The position numbers and the translations under genes are program-made. A stretch of DNA of 60,182 nt, filler included. It is 5 parts of 5 records of this genome, joined end to end, with 100 filler letters (N's around TTAATTAATTAA, not from the genome) between each part and the next. Parts side by side here need not be neighbours in the genome. Positions count along the whole stretch, not along the records: positions 38,899 to 45,832 come from SRR31156797_616; positions 45,933 to 54,300 come from SRR31156797_621; 3 more parts are not named here. One strand, 5' to 3'. Positions 40,566-50,899 of this stretch are shown here, piece by piece (position 1 is the first letter of the stretch; each line of letters opens with the position of its first letter). A model generated the notes under the pieces. That model had not been told where the DNA came from, made no database searches, and saw only the letters and a program-made list of their open reading frames with translations.

Positions 40566-41567
40566 ATGAAGAGAAATTGTATCAAGGTTTTGAAGAAGAA
40601 GGGCGAACCAATACGCAGGTTACTGCTGGAAATGGACCTGCTTGATAATTCCGCACGCATTAGCTCAGAGGATGATTACCTCCTGCTTCCACTCACACGA
40701 AAACCGGAGGGAGCAGAACTTAATGAACTGCCTGGGGATTTTGAGCTTACGAACCACGACTTTGAGGAGCAGAAAGGACAACTGAAACTTGAAGACCTGC
40801 TGGATCTTGTACCCCATTTTGAAATAGTCGGAGATATTGCGCTTATTGAAGATGACGTTGCTGAACCTGAGAAAGTGGCAGATGCCATCATGAAGGTGAA
40901 GAAGAACGTAAAGACAGTGCTTGCAGCCCAGAGTCCGGTGGAGGGAGAGTTCAGGACACGCAGATTCAGGAATGTTGCAGGAGAAGACAGGACATCAACC
41001 ATCCACAGGGAATATGGTTCACGATATTATATTGATCTTGAGAGGGCGTATTTCACACCCCGGCTTGCAACTGAACGTTCACGCATACTTGAGCAGATCA
41101 AAGAGGGTGAAACTGTTGTAGACATGTTCGCAGGTGTGGGTCCATACAGCATCATGATGGCAAGAAAAAGCCCGGATATAAAGGTCATTGCTATTGACAA
41201 GAACCCCGATGCTGTAGAATTCCTGCGCCGCAATGTTGAGCTTAATTCCACAGACAATGTAGAGGCAATAGAAGGCGATGCCAACATCGAGGCTGAAAAA
41301 TTCACTGGTGTTGCAGACCATGTGATCATGAACCTGCCCCACAATGCAAATGAATTCCTTGATGCTGCGGTTAAGCTATGCGCACCCGGAGCAATTATCC
41401 ATTATTATGACATCACGCCTGAAGACGACCTTTTTGACAGCTCTCTGAAGCTGATCGAAGAAGCGGCTAAAAGAGCTGGCAGGGCAATTGAAGTTGTTGA
41501 AAACAGGACTGTACGCTCATACGCCCCGCACCAATTTAATGTCTGCATTGAAATTAGGGTATTATAA
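40566..41567 (+). CDS. trm5: tRNA (guanine37-N1)-methyltransferase, Trm5/Met-10 family
   Basis: VGDIA, GEFRTR, YFTPRLATER, DMFAGVGP, MNLP. Confidence 0.9.
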   Translation: MKRNCIKVLKKKGEPIRRLLLEMDLLDNSARISSEDDYLLLPLTRKPEGAELNELPGDFELTNHDFEEQKGQLKLEDLLDLVPHFEIVGDIALIEDDVAEPEKVADAIMKVKKNVKTVLAAQSPVEGEFRTRRFRNVAGEDRTSTIHREYGSRYYIDLERAYFTPRLATERSRILEQIKEGETVVDMFAGVGPYSIMMARKSPDIKVIAIDKNPDAVEFLRRNVELNSTDNVEAIEGDANIEAEKFTGVADHVIMNLPHNANEFLDAAVKLCAPGAIIHYYDITPEDDLFDSSLKLIEEAAKRAGRAIEVVENRTVRSYAPHQFNVCIEIRVL

Positions 41568-41629
41568 CCAATATAATATTAAGCGAAATTATTAAATCAG
41601 TATATACAGTTATAGTGTCGTTCACATAT

Positions 41630-41701
41630 GCCTCTGTGGCTTAGCGGTATAGCGGCTGATTCGTAATCAGCAGGCCGAGGGTTCGAATCTCTCCAGGGGC
41701 T
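41630..41701 (+). tRNA. tRNA-Thr(CGT)
   Basis: Cloverleaf: acceptor GCCTCTG/CAGGGGC, anticodon arm GCTGA-TTCGTAA-TCAGC, T-loop TTCGAAT; BRE/TATA-like CGAAATTATTAAAT upstream; CCA not encoded. Confidence 0.95.
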
Positions 41702-41817
41702 TGAAATCACGGGGATTAAATCCCCTTTCTCTTATTTTTTGATGAATTTTAATCTATATAACAATAGTGAATGTTATCTGTAATAAAAACATTAATGTTA
41801 TTATTACAGGTGATAAA

Positions 41818-41955
41818 ATGCCAAAGATTCAGGAATCATCCAGTAGATTAAGCATAACAATTCCTTCAAGTATTGCTAAACTAAAAATTTGGAAAAAAGG
41901 AACAAACTTAGAATTTAGAGAAAGAAATGGATACATTTGCTTAATTGAAGAATAA
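41818..41955 (+). CDS. AbrB/MazE/SpoVT-like small DNA-binding protein
   Basis: 45 aa, ITIP..IA....WKKG..LEF; RBS AGGTGA. Confidence 0.75.
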   Translation: MPKIQESSSRLSITIPSSIAKLKIWKKGTNLEFRERNGYICLIEE

Positions 41956-42146
41956 ATCCTGTTTACTCTACACACGTTAAGGAAAGGTTGGAGAAATGGA
42001 TATGAATTGATTAATGATAATTTCTATTTTAAATCCGAACCACATTTTTCTTTGTATAAAAAAGTGAAGCTGTAGTACAGGAATAGTCACCTTCAAAAAT
42101 AAGTTAATAATACTATAAATACTGTCATTAAGTAACTGATGAAACA

Positions 42147-42320
42147 TTATCCAGTTTTATTGATTTTGCTGAAGAATCCTTCTTTCTCCTGACTAGTTTT
42201 ATTGAATTTTGATCCGGATACCTCTTCTGCATCACCATTATCTAACATCTTTGTTATTTTACCAACTGATTGCGGTTTTGTAATATGTAAACAATCTGTC
42301 TTTAGATATTTTTGATACAT
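42147..42320 (-). CDS. Small protein downstream of the GNAT gene (candidate antitoxin; not in ORF track)
   Basis: 57 aa MYQKYLKTDCLHITKPQSVGKITKMLDN...; RBS AGGAG. Confidence 0.55.
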   Translation of the reverse strand: MYQKYLKTDCLHITKPQSVGKITKMLDNGDAEEVSGSKFNKTSQEKEGFFSKINKTG

Positions 42321-42362
42321 GCAATCACTACTCCTATCTGCCTATAAGAAACTCATTGTTTA

Positions 42363-42896
42363 TTAACTCGTCGAAGGCTTTACGAGTTTAAACAACTGAG
42401 AAAATGTTATGCCATCTCGGACTTCCGTTTGTATTTCTTTAAATCCATTTCTTAAATAAAAATCCATCACTTTGTCCTTATCTTTATTTGCTTCAACCCA
42501 GACGACTCTTCCACCCACACATTGAATTGCATTTATTATCGAACCCAATGCATTTTCCAAAATATCATCTCCCTTGATGTTATCTTTAAAATCGTCGTTT
42601 TTTGCTAATTGAGCAATAAGGTAGGCAGGTATGACTCGCTCACCTTCACTTTTAAGTCTTAATTTCCTCCTATGTTTTGCAGTGACCTTAGTGGTTTTGT
42701 TAATATGTAGTATTTTAAGAGCCAAACCGTAATACCCCAAAACACACAAATTAGTATTATCACTCATATCTTCATCGATTATAAAATAAGATATGCACGT
42801 TCCAGCTTTTTCAGCATATATAGAATTGTTTCTGATAAAGTTTTCAATATCTATTTCTTTTTCACAGGAAAAATTATTAATCATATTATCAATCAA
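42363..42896 (-). CDS. GNAT acetyltransferase, toxin-like
   Basis: FSC...DIENF, GYY.LA.K, PAYLIAQLAKN, GGRVVWVE, FY..NGF; frame extends to about 42956. Confidence 0.8.
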   Translation of the reverse strand: MIDNMINNFSCEKEIDIENFIRNNSIYAEKAGTCISYFIIDEDMSDNTNLCVLGYYGLALKILHINKTTKVTAKHRRKLRLKSEGERVIPAYLIAQLAKNDDFKDNIKGDDILENALGSIINAIQCVGGRVVWVEANKDKDKVMDFYLRNGFKEIQTEVRDGITFSQLFKLVKPSTS

Positions 42897-43008
42897 ATCT
42901 ACATTATTGATATTTCGATAAAGTTCATTTAATGTGTATGCTGTTTGGCTGATTATACCACCCTAAAAAATATAAAAAAATAGAGTCGAGAATTATATTA
43001 TTTGCCAC

Positions 43009-43152
43009 TTACTCATCATCAAATGATGGACTTTTTCCGCCGAGACCATGTTTCTCGAAGTGGTTAAACTTATTATCTCCTGTTAATATCCGAAACTGTG
43101 AAGAAGTTGTATTCCTCATAAATAAGTTTCCACTTTTATGTGTGTTATTCAT
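43009..43152 (-). CDS. Small peptide downstream of the protease (not in ORF track)
   Basis: 47 aa MNNTHKSGNLF...GLGGKSPSFDDE; RBS AGGTGG. Confidence 0.45.
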   Translation of the reverse strand: MNNTHKSGNLFMRNTTSSQFRILTGDNKFNHFEKHGLGGKSPSFDDE

Positions 43153-43191
43153 GTTGCCCACCTACAAGTCTATCATATTAAAAAGTTTTCA

Positions 43192-44271
43192 TTAATTTCC
43201 TACTTTCCAATAATCTATCTCTTTTTTATCGTATATCTTATTATCTATAAATATTGGCTGTCCTGAAAATATTGCAGGTATTATACTATCAGGAGGAATA
43301 TATACTGCTGGTTGTCCATTATTATTTATGAGTTTTGACTCATCTCCAAAATCCATTTTTTCCCATGTCTGTTCGATTATATGCATATGCTGGGAAACAG
43401 TTGATTCTATATATTTAATTGGGATTTCAACTTTATTTCCATCTATTGGAAGTTTGTCAGAATACGGAATTTGAAGGTTCATATCTTTCTCATAATCTAA
43501 ATACAAATCCCACATTAGTTCCTCTAAGCCACTTGGCATTTCATCAGTACTCAGTACTTTTAGTCCAATAGACCTTGCTTCCTCCCTATTTACATGATGT
43601 CCATGATAGTATAGTTTTTCAACTAGAGTAGATGTTATACTTTCTATTTTTTCTTTTTCATGCTCAGGAGACATATGTAATGAAAGTAATTTATTCGAAT
43701 CTTCTCTACATTTAATGTAATGTCGATAGGCATTACCTAATGCAAGTGGTCTAATATCATTAGTCAATTGTGTGAACGCCTGCGTAAGATTATTTGTATC
43801 ATTTATTCCAAATTTGTCTTGAATAAATGAAATATATCCAGCCATATCTTCAACCGAAATACCAACCAACTTGTTATCAATAATGGGGTTAAATGGATTT
43901 GATACAGTAGGATCAATTGGACCTAATGTACCCATTTTTGCCATGACAATCTCATCTGCTCCCAACGCTATAGATGTAGCACAGCTAAACGCATTATATG
44001 GCACCAATACTGAGAATTTAGTTGAGTGTTCTCTTATTAAATTATCTAATGGCCAAGCGACTGTTGCTACTCCTCCATTACTATAAATAAATAAATCAAT
44101 ATTCTTCCCTTCAAATTCCCTACATTTTAAGTGGTCGTAAAAATATCTTAAATCACCAGGCTCAATCATAGTATTAATCTTATCTCTTGTCGAGATAACG
44201 TATGTTATAACTTTTGAGTTACGAATTTCTTCTATTTCCTTGATAATTTGAACTCTATCTTCATATGCCAT
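43192..44271 (-). CDS. ClpP-class serine protease (SDH/SppA-like)
   Basis: DLFIYSNGG, VP..AFSCATSIALGADEIVM, LGPIDP, HGH. Confidence 0.88.
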   Translation of the reverse strand: MAYEDRVQIIKEIEEIRNSKVITYVISTRDKINTMIEPGDLRYFYDHLKCREFEGKNIDLFIYSNGGVATVAWPLDNLIREHSTKFSVLVPYNAFSCATSIALGADEIVMAKMGTLGPIDPTVSNPFNPIIDNKLVGISVEDMAGYISFIQDKFGINDTNNLTQAFTQLTNDIRPLALGNAYRHYIKCREDSNKLLSLHMSPEHEKEKIESITSTLVEKLYYHGHHVNREEARSIGLKVLSTDEMPSGLEELMWDLYLDYEKDMNLQIPYSDKLPIDGNKVEIPIKYIESTVSQHMHIIEQTWEKMDFGDESKLINNNGQPAVYIPPDSIIPAIFSGQPIFIDNKIYDKKEIDYWKVGN

Positions 44272-44430
44272 GTATATTTGAGAGTAATCAATGATTGTTA
44301 AATATTTTGATGAAGATCTGAAAAATATATGTATAATTGTATTCGAACAGATTCCCCATATTCCCTCATCACATTTTCTTTTTTCTTATGCCAAACTCCC
44401 TTACATCCAACTTAGACATTATGATACCCG

Positions 44431-45012
44431 ATGATAGCTGCTGAATTCCATGAACTTTTCTCAAAAGGTCATCATACAGAAGTCTGCTTGAATCTGAAGG
44501 GAGCTAATGTTGACCAAGCAGTACATTTCTTGATGCAGGTCTGCACCAACAGGCTGCACAAAGTTGAAGAGCTTCTTGTAGAAGGAGGCAAGATACTGGA
44601 CCTGTCAAGTGAAGCCACAGGTGAGGAAACCTATTACCTGCTATCTGTAACAATAAAAGAAAAAGAAGGCCTGACACAGATCATGGTGGGAGCAGTATCA
44701 GACAAGCCCTATGGCCTGCAGGGTTTTTTGTATGAGGTCGTTTCCGACCTCAGATCCCACGTGAGAAACTTGGAAGGTGTAAAGGAAGTCAGCGTCATCC
44801 GGGAAGAACGGAGTTCCAGCTTTTATATAGGAGGCGATGCCATCTTTGTACGTTCTCCCTTTTCCATTGGTGACATCCCTACTTCACATAAAGGGCAAAA
44901 TGCTAGAAATAATTTTGAAAATGAGTGGGAACAGCAGAAACTAGGGGATTTGGAAGGAAACACAAAAAGAGGCTTTCCTGAAAGCTCGGATAGAACCCTG
45001 AAAACTTCGTAG
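44431..45012 (+). CDS. Hypothetical protein
   Basis: 193-aa ORF with host-like GC content. Confidence 0.55.
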   Translation: MIAAEFHELFSKGHHTEVCLNLKGANVDQAVHFLMQVCTNRLHKVEELLVEGGKILDLSSEATGEETYYLLSVTIKEKEGLTQIMVGAVSDKPYGLQGFLYEVVSDLRSHVRNLEGVKEVSVIREERSSSFYIGGDAIFVRSPFSIGDIPTSHKGQNARNNFENEWEQQKLGDLEGNTKRGFPESSDRTLKTS

Positions 45013-45159
45013 GAGTTCTATTAAAAAATGTGATCTATTTTTTTAGTTAGCCTTTGCCAGCAATACGATCTGAATTAGTCATTTATAGCAAAATTTATAT
45101 ATCCCACCATGAACTATTTTCGATAGTTACTTTTTGCAATAACTATTGGGTGCTGGAAA

Positions 45160-45832
45160 ATGGATGAAATTGACAAACGGGATCTAAGTGAAAGGGATAT
45201 TTGTACTAAATTCATCACACCAGCTATTGACAATGCAGGATGGAACATTCATAAACAAGTACGTGAAGAAGTTCACCTCACTAACGGAAGAGTAATTGTC
45301 AGTGAAAAAGTTGTATCAAGAGCTAAGAATAAACGTGCTGATTATATCCTATATTATAAGCCTAACATTCCCATTGCTGTTGTTGAAGCAAAGAGGAATA
45401 TTTTTGAAGTCGGTGAAGGGATGCAGCAAGCTCTTGGTTATGCCAAAATGGTAGATGTTCCTTTTGCTTTCAGTTCTAATGGAGATGCATTTTTGTTCCA
45501 TGACCGTTCAGGGAATTCAAGCCAAGTAGAACAGGAACTATCCCTTGATCAGTTCCCCTCACCTGGTGAACTTTGGGAATCCTATTGCAAATGGAAAGGT
45601 ATTGATGATAAAGATCATCAAGTAATTGAGCAAGACTACTATACTGATTTTACAGGAAAAGTTCCACGATATTATCAACTAAATGCCATTAATAGGACAA
45701 TTGATGCAATTTCTAAAGGACAAAACAGAATACTGCTGGTTATGGCTACTGGAACCGGTAAGACATATACAGCGTTTCAAATCATCTGGAGATTGTGGAA
45801 ATCCAAAGCTAAAAAGAGAATACTTTTCCTTG
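45160..45832 (+). CDS. hsdR: Type I restriction enzyme R subunit, truncated
   Basis: SERDICTKFITPAI, ADYIL...VEAK nuclease, RYYQ, MATGTGKT. Confidence 0.93.
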
Positions 45833-45932
45833 NNNNNNNNNNNNNNNNNNNNNNNNNNNNNNNNNNNNNNNNNNNNTTAATTAATTAANNNNNNNNNNNN
45901 NNNNNNNNNNNNNNNNNNNNNNNNNNNNNNNN
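45833..45932. other. Artificial contig spacer
   Basis: N44-TTAATTAATTAA-N44. Confidence 0.98.
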
Positions 45933-46147
45933 GCAAGATTAAAAGTCGAACTCAGGTTATTACGAGTCCAAAATACATCAAAACAATGTATTTTATAGTC
46001 TTTCAAGAATCACATCGGGGCACTATGCTTTCGTTTTGTAAATGCGTATTATATTTTCTGTTTAATGGTTAAAACTATCTACTTCCAGTTCGTAGTGGTT
46101 TCGTTCACACTCTGCTTGAATTACAAGGTTTTAATGAATAAACCGAA

Positions 46148-47023
46148 TTAAACCAGGCCTCCCATTCTTCGGTAACGGGCCGGGGTACTTCCTGTAAACT
46201 TTTGAAATACCCTGTAAAAATAGGGTAGGTTGTTAAAACCGGTTTTGTCACAAATTTCAAGTTGGGTTAAACTGGTTGTTAATAATAATATTTGAGCCTT
46301 CTCAATTTTTTTCATATTAATGTATTTTAAAGGAAGCATTCCAGTGGTTTTTTTAAAAATACGTGTGAAATGATCATCGGAATAGTGTGTGATTTCAGCC
46401 AGTGTTTCCAGCCTTATTTCTTTATCAAGATTCGAGTTTATGTACTGAAAAACTTTCCTTAAATTAGAGAATTGTTGCAGATTTTTCTGTTCTACTTTGG
46501 TTTCAACAATGAATCGGGAAAGCAATTGTTTTAGAATTCCTATCGTTTCAAGGTACGACTTACTTTCACACGAAAACTCAATAATATTTTTCCAATTGTC
46601 TTTTTCATAAGTCCCCGGATCACTTTGTTTCAATTTTTTATCCTGGTTTAAACTGATTATCCTTTCAAATAAGCTTTTATCAAAGGGTAGGGCTGTAACT
46701 TCATTTTTTATTAACAATAAATCGTAAATGTTTAATCCTGTAGGGAATTGGTTCGTAAAGTGAATGTAAAATTGAGATAATGATTCGGTACAATGATAGC
46801 TGCATTGCACAAAGCTGGGAATCATGTACAAATAACCTGGTTTTAACTGCAACATTCGGTTGTTCGGTAATATGTATCCTTCACCACTGGTTATCAGGTA
46901 AATCCTTGAAAACGGGCTCAGGACATTTGAGTAATTCCATTCTTGCCCTAGTTCGGTATATCCTGTGTTAAGCAGGTTTAACTGCAGTTCATTAATCAGG
47001 TTCGATGGAAGATGAGTGTTCAT
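46148..47023 (-). CDS. AraC-family transcriptional regulator
   Basis: Cupin N-terminus, C-terminal GF....YF.RVF.K.TG.TP..YR. Confidence 0.93.
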   Translation of the reverse strand: MNTHLPSNLINELQLNLLNTGYTELGQEWNYSNVLSPFSRIYLITSGEGYILPNNRMLQLKPGYLYMIPSFVQCSYHCTESLSQFYIHFTNQFPTGLNIYDLLLIKNEVTALPFDKSLFERIISLNQDKKLKQSDPGTYEKDNWKNIIEFSCESKSYLETIGILKQLLSRFIVETKVEQKNLQQFSNLRKVFQYINSNLDKEIRLETLAEITHYSDDHFTRIFKKTTGMLPLKYINMKKIEKAQILLLTTSLTQLEICDKTGFNNLPYFYRVFQKFTGSTPARYRRMGGLV

Positions 47024-47179
47024 ACTAAATATGTTTTAAAACAATATAAAAATATACTAAATGTCGGAAAAGTATAATTAATGTTCGGATTTTATGAAAT
47101 TCTGTTTAAACTAATCAGCCTAATTTTGTATGGCGTTATTATTAATAACCATGTTTTTAATAAACCAAAGTTTTAGACT

Positions 47180-48217
47180 ATGACACCTAAAGAAAGATTT
47201 TTTGCCACAATTAATAATCAACCTGTTGATCGGCCGGCAACATGGTTGGGATTACCAACGCCCGATGCAATTCCTGATTTGTTGAAATATTTTAAGGTGG
47301 ATTCTATTTCTGCATTAAAAATAAAACTTGATGATGATGTGTGGCCTGTAATTGTACCTTACAATAACGAACCTACAAATGATATTGGTTGTTCATTGGA
47401 TTTTGCAAAGGAAAGTGAAAGCGGGGGGCAAGATGAACGAACACTTACTGCTCCCGGTTATTTCGAAAATATGACTGATCCGGCTGAGGTAGCAAATTTT
47501 CCCTGGCCAGATCCCAAAGATCATTTAGATACTAAAGAAGCAGCTCGACGTGCTAAAGAAATTCCTGAAGATAAATTAAGAATGGGTATTATGTGGTCGG
47601 CACATTTTCAGGATTCATGTTCTGCTTTTGGTATGGAAAATGCACTTATTACAATGATGATGTATCCGGAAATGTATCAGGCGGTTATTGACCGGATTAC
47701 CGATTTTTACCTGGAAGTAAATGAGATGTTTTATGAAGCTACCAAGGGGTATCTGGATGCTGTACTTATAGGTAACGATTTTGGTTCGCAATCAGCATTA
47801 ATGGTAGATCCGGATATGTTACGTGCATATGTTTTTGAAGGAACAAAAAAGCTGGTTGATCAGGCAAAGAGTTATGGGTTAACTGTCATTCATCATTCAT
47901 GTGGTTCCATTTTCCCGATAATTAACGATTTATTTGATATGGGGATTGATGTTGTTCATCCCATTCAGGCACTTGCTGCTGATATGGATATTGATACATT
48001 ACAAAAAAACTTCAAAAACAAAGGGGCATTTTGTGGTGGAGTAGATGCGCAAGAGCTACTGGTTAATGGTTCACCAGAAGAAATAACACAAACAGTAAAT
48101 AGAATAAAACAGGTATTTCCTACCGGATTGGTAATCTCCCCTAGTCACGAAGCTATTTTACCCGATATAAATCCTGCAAACATCGAGGCAATGTATGCTG
48201 CCGTTCGTAATAGTTAG
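47180..48217 (+). CDS. Uroporphyrinogen decarboxylase / methylcobamide methyltransferase family protein
   Basis: MTPKER, DFGSQ, HHSCGS, HPIQ, GGVDAQ, SPSH. Confidence 0.85.
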   Translation: MTPKERFFATINNQPVDRPATWLGLPTPDAIPDLLKYFKVDSISALKIKLDDDVWPVIVPYNNEPTNDIGCSLDFAKESESGGQDERTLTAPGYFENMTDPAEVANFPWPDPKDHLDTKEAARRAKEIPEDKLRMGIMWSAHFQDSCSAFGMENALITMMMYPEMYQAVIDRITDFYLEVNEMFYEATKGYLDAVLIGNDFGSQSALMVDPDMLRAYVFEGTKKLVDQAKSYGLTVIHHSCGSIFPIINDLFDMGIDVVHPIQALAADMDIDTLQKNFKNKGAFCGGVDAQELLVNGSPEEITQTVNRIKQVFPTGLVISPSHEAILPDINPANIEAMYAAVRNS

Positions 48218-48259
48218 AGTTATTCTTAATCAATCAAAAACCAATAATTAATTATTAAT

Positions 48260-49327
48260 ATGATTCAGCCTAATCCAATAACCGGAACTGGTTTACATGC
48301 TGTTGGCGGTATGTCGGCAGCAAGTTGTTACATGCCTTTTGAAGGTATAAAAAAATGGTCGTGGGGTACTTTTTGGCTTGTACAAGCTTTGTTTGCCTGG
48401 TGCATAATGCCTTTGGTAATTGGCTATTTTACGGTTCCTAACTTATTTAAGGTGCTTGCTGAGTCTCCTTCATCAGCATTTTGGTCCGCTTTTATATTAG
48501 GTGCCTGTTATGGTTTTGGAGGACTTTCGTTTGGCTATGCAATCCGAAACATTGGATATTCTCTTACCTATACCATTTCAATTGGAATTTCTGCCGTATT
48601 AGGAACTGTAGTTCCGTTAATTTTGAGTGGTACGGTGGTTCAACAATTTGCTAAAACAGGTGGAGGAATTGTTCTGGCTGGTATGGTGATTTCAATTGTT
48701 GGAGTTGGTTTGTGCGGCAGGGCCGGATTTCTAAAAGAAAAGAATTTAGACGACAATAAAGGTAAGGGCAAGGTTCAGTTTAATATGAAGAAAGGTTTGT
48801 TACTAACGATTATTGCGGGGACCTTGTCGGCTGTTTGGGGAATTTCGCTTGAACTGGGGCAGCCAATAGCCGATGTTGCAGCAAAATATGGCGCCGGACA
48901 TTTCGAGGGGAATTCAAAACTAATTGTTTCGTCGTGGGGGTGCTTGGCTACCAATTTAACCTGGTTTATAGTTGTTACCATTAAAGATGGTTCGATAACC
49001 AGTCTTTGGAAACGCAAAGCAATAGGAAATAAAAAATTCTTTGGTAATTATACATTGTCGGCATTAGCAGGTTCGTTGTGGTATACGCAATTCTTTTTCT
49101 ACGGACTTGGTCATGTTAAAATGGGTAGTTTTCAGTTTGCAAGCTGGGTGCTGCATATGAGTATGTTAATTTTCTTTAGTTACATAATTGGAGTAATAAT
49201 GAAGGAATGGAGAGGAGTTAAGCGTAAAACCTATATTACTTTAATAATTGCTCTTATTGTTTTGGTTGGCTCCTTTGTTCTAATGAGTTATGGAAGCTAT
49301 ATAGGCGAATTAGCTAACGGGCACTAA
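48260..49327 (+). CDS. RhaT-like L-rhamnose/proton symporter
   Basis: SCYMP...KKWSW..FW, WYTQFFFYG, SWVLHM, EW. Confidence 0.85.
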   Translation: MIQPNPITGTGLHAVGGMSAASCYMPFEGIKKWSWGTFWLVQALFAWCIMPLVIGYFTVPNLFKVLAESPSSAFWSAFILGACYGFGGLSFGYAIRNIGYSLTYTISIGISAVLGTVVPLILSGTVVQQFAKTGGGIVLAGMVISIVGVGLCGRAGFLKEKNLDDNKGKGKVQFNMKKGLLLTIIAGTLSAVWGISLELGQPIADVAAKYGAGHFEGNSKLIVSSWGCLATNLTWFIVVTIKDGSITSLWKRKAIGNKKFFGNYTLSALAGSLWYTQFFFYGLGHVKMGSFQFASWVLHMSMLIFFSYIIGVIMKEWRGVKRKTYITLIIALIVLVGSFVLMSYGSYIGELANGH

Positions 49328-49686
49328 ATCTTTTAAGTTGAGTCAGAGTTTAGGTATTAATGCCCGTGTACCAAAACCATGAAAAGACTGGGGGAGAAGG
49401 CTCTTTTTACGTTATAGCAATAAAAAAGCACCTGTCTAATATTTGCGAAACAGGTGTTTAATTCGATTACTAAGTATATTTTATTGAATTTTATTTTCGC
49501 AATTTCCGAAGCCACTGGTTGGTTGAAGGAAAATATTGTCGGTAATTAGAGAATTTGAGTAAGTGACACAAGGCTTTTGTTTTACCGGTATATAAAGAGA
49601 TTATACAAAATTAAGGTAGTAAATTTAGTCCTTAATTACTAAGTTAAAAGTTTGCTCAAAATTAATTTATTTGGCGGATTTTCAGT

Positions 49687-50310
49687 TTATACTAAATCCG
49701 ACTTATTATTAATTAGGCGAGGCAATGCAATGTTAAAACGAATGGCAACAATCCGAATGGTTATAATTGAAACTACTGTAGCTGATTCGCAGATTATTTC
49801 TGAAATACCCAGGAAGTTAAGAAATAAGTATACTAAAGCTCCCGCGATACAGGCTGTTGCATAAATTTCTCGATGAAAAATAAGGGGGACCTCATTACAC
49901 AGAGTATCGCGAATAACGCCTCCAACTACAGCGGAGGATAAACCCATTAAAATTGCCATTGCCGGATCGATATGAAACAATAAAGCTTTTTTTAAACCCA
50001 ACAAAGTAAAAGTAGCAATACCAATGGTGTCAAACAAAAAGAGTGTTCGTTTTAATTGTATTACATGTTTCCGAAACAATATGGTAAAAACTACACCTGC
50101 AATAATAACCCAAAAATAGTTGTTGTTTTGCATCCAGTCAACCGGTGTATCTCCCAGCATTATATCGCGAAGCGTGCCACCTCCAACTGCTGTTACAAAA
50201 CCAATCACTGTGGCACCAAAAAAATCAAGACGTTTATCGGCTGCGGTAAGTGTGCCGCTAATTGCAAATACAAATGTTCCTATGTAGTCGAACCAGAGCA
50301 ATAAATCCAT
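49687..50310 (-). CDS. TRIC/UPF0126 membrane protein
   Basis: FAISG, GGGTLRD, GGVIRD, EIYATA. Confidence 0.92.
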   Translation of the reverse strand: MDLLLWFDYIGTFVFAISGTLTAADKRLDFFGATVIGFVTAVGGGTLRDIMLGDTPVDWMQNNNYFWVIIAGVVFTILFRKHVIQLKRTLFLFDTIGIATFTLLGLKKALLFHIDPAMAILMGLSSAVVGGVIRDTLCNEVPLIFHREIYATACIAGALVYLFLNFLGISEIICESATVVSIITIRIVAIRFNIALPRLINNKSDLV

Positions 50311-50329
50311 GGCATAAAGAAATGAAAAA

Positions 50330-50899
50330 TTACCCGACTGTTATATTATACTTGCTTAGCAACCCGGGTAGGCTTTCGAGCGAGAATTTAGCTCCGGTAA
50401 TCAGGTTTTGTTCCGGATTAAGAGTAATATTGAGTGATCCTCGAAAATCGGCCTTTTCAAGTTTGGTATAACTAAACATTGTTCCCATTAGGTCACAAGA
50501 ATCAAAACTGGCTTCCGACAAATCAGTTTCGCTAAAGTCTACTTCATGTAAGGTGCATTTTTTATATTTTGTAGCCTTAATTTTTAATTGATAAAAAGAA
50601 GAGTAGTTAAGAATACAATTCTCAAAATAGAACTCCAGTAAAAATGGATTGCACTCATCAAATTGAAGCCCGATTAGTTTACAGTTTCTAAACCTTATAT
50701 TTTTAAAGGCAGTATTCGTAATTTTAGTGTTACTAAAATCGCAGCTTTCAAAAACACAATCTTCAAAACCAGTTTCGCTTAAATCTGCTCCTGAAAAAAT
50801 ACAATTGGAGAAAACACAATCTTCATAGTCAGCTTTCTCAATTGCTTGTTCGGTATAATCCTTATTCTTAAAATCTTCGTCTGTAATGTATTTACTCAT
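50330..50899 (-). CDS. Pentapeptide repeat protein
   Basis: Tandem (A/C)(D/N)FS repeats. Confidence 0.9.
   Translation of the reverse strand: MSKYITDEDFKNKDYTEQAIEKADYEDCVFSNCIFSGADLSETGFEDCVFESCDFSNTKITNTAFKNIRFRNCKLIGLQFDECNPFLLEFYFENCILNYSSFYQLKIKATKYKKCTLHEVDFSETDLSEASFDSCDLMGTMFSYTKLEKADFRGSLNITLNPEQNLITGAKFSLESLPGLLSKYNITVG

Noticed and set aside
50330-50899. qnr quinolone-resistance gene
   Set aside because: Generic pentapeptide repeat protein in a housekeeping context with no mobile features; cannot be assigned to Qnr by eye
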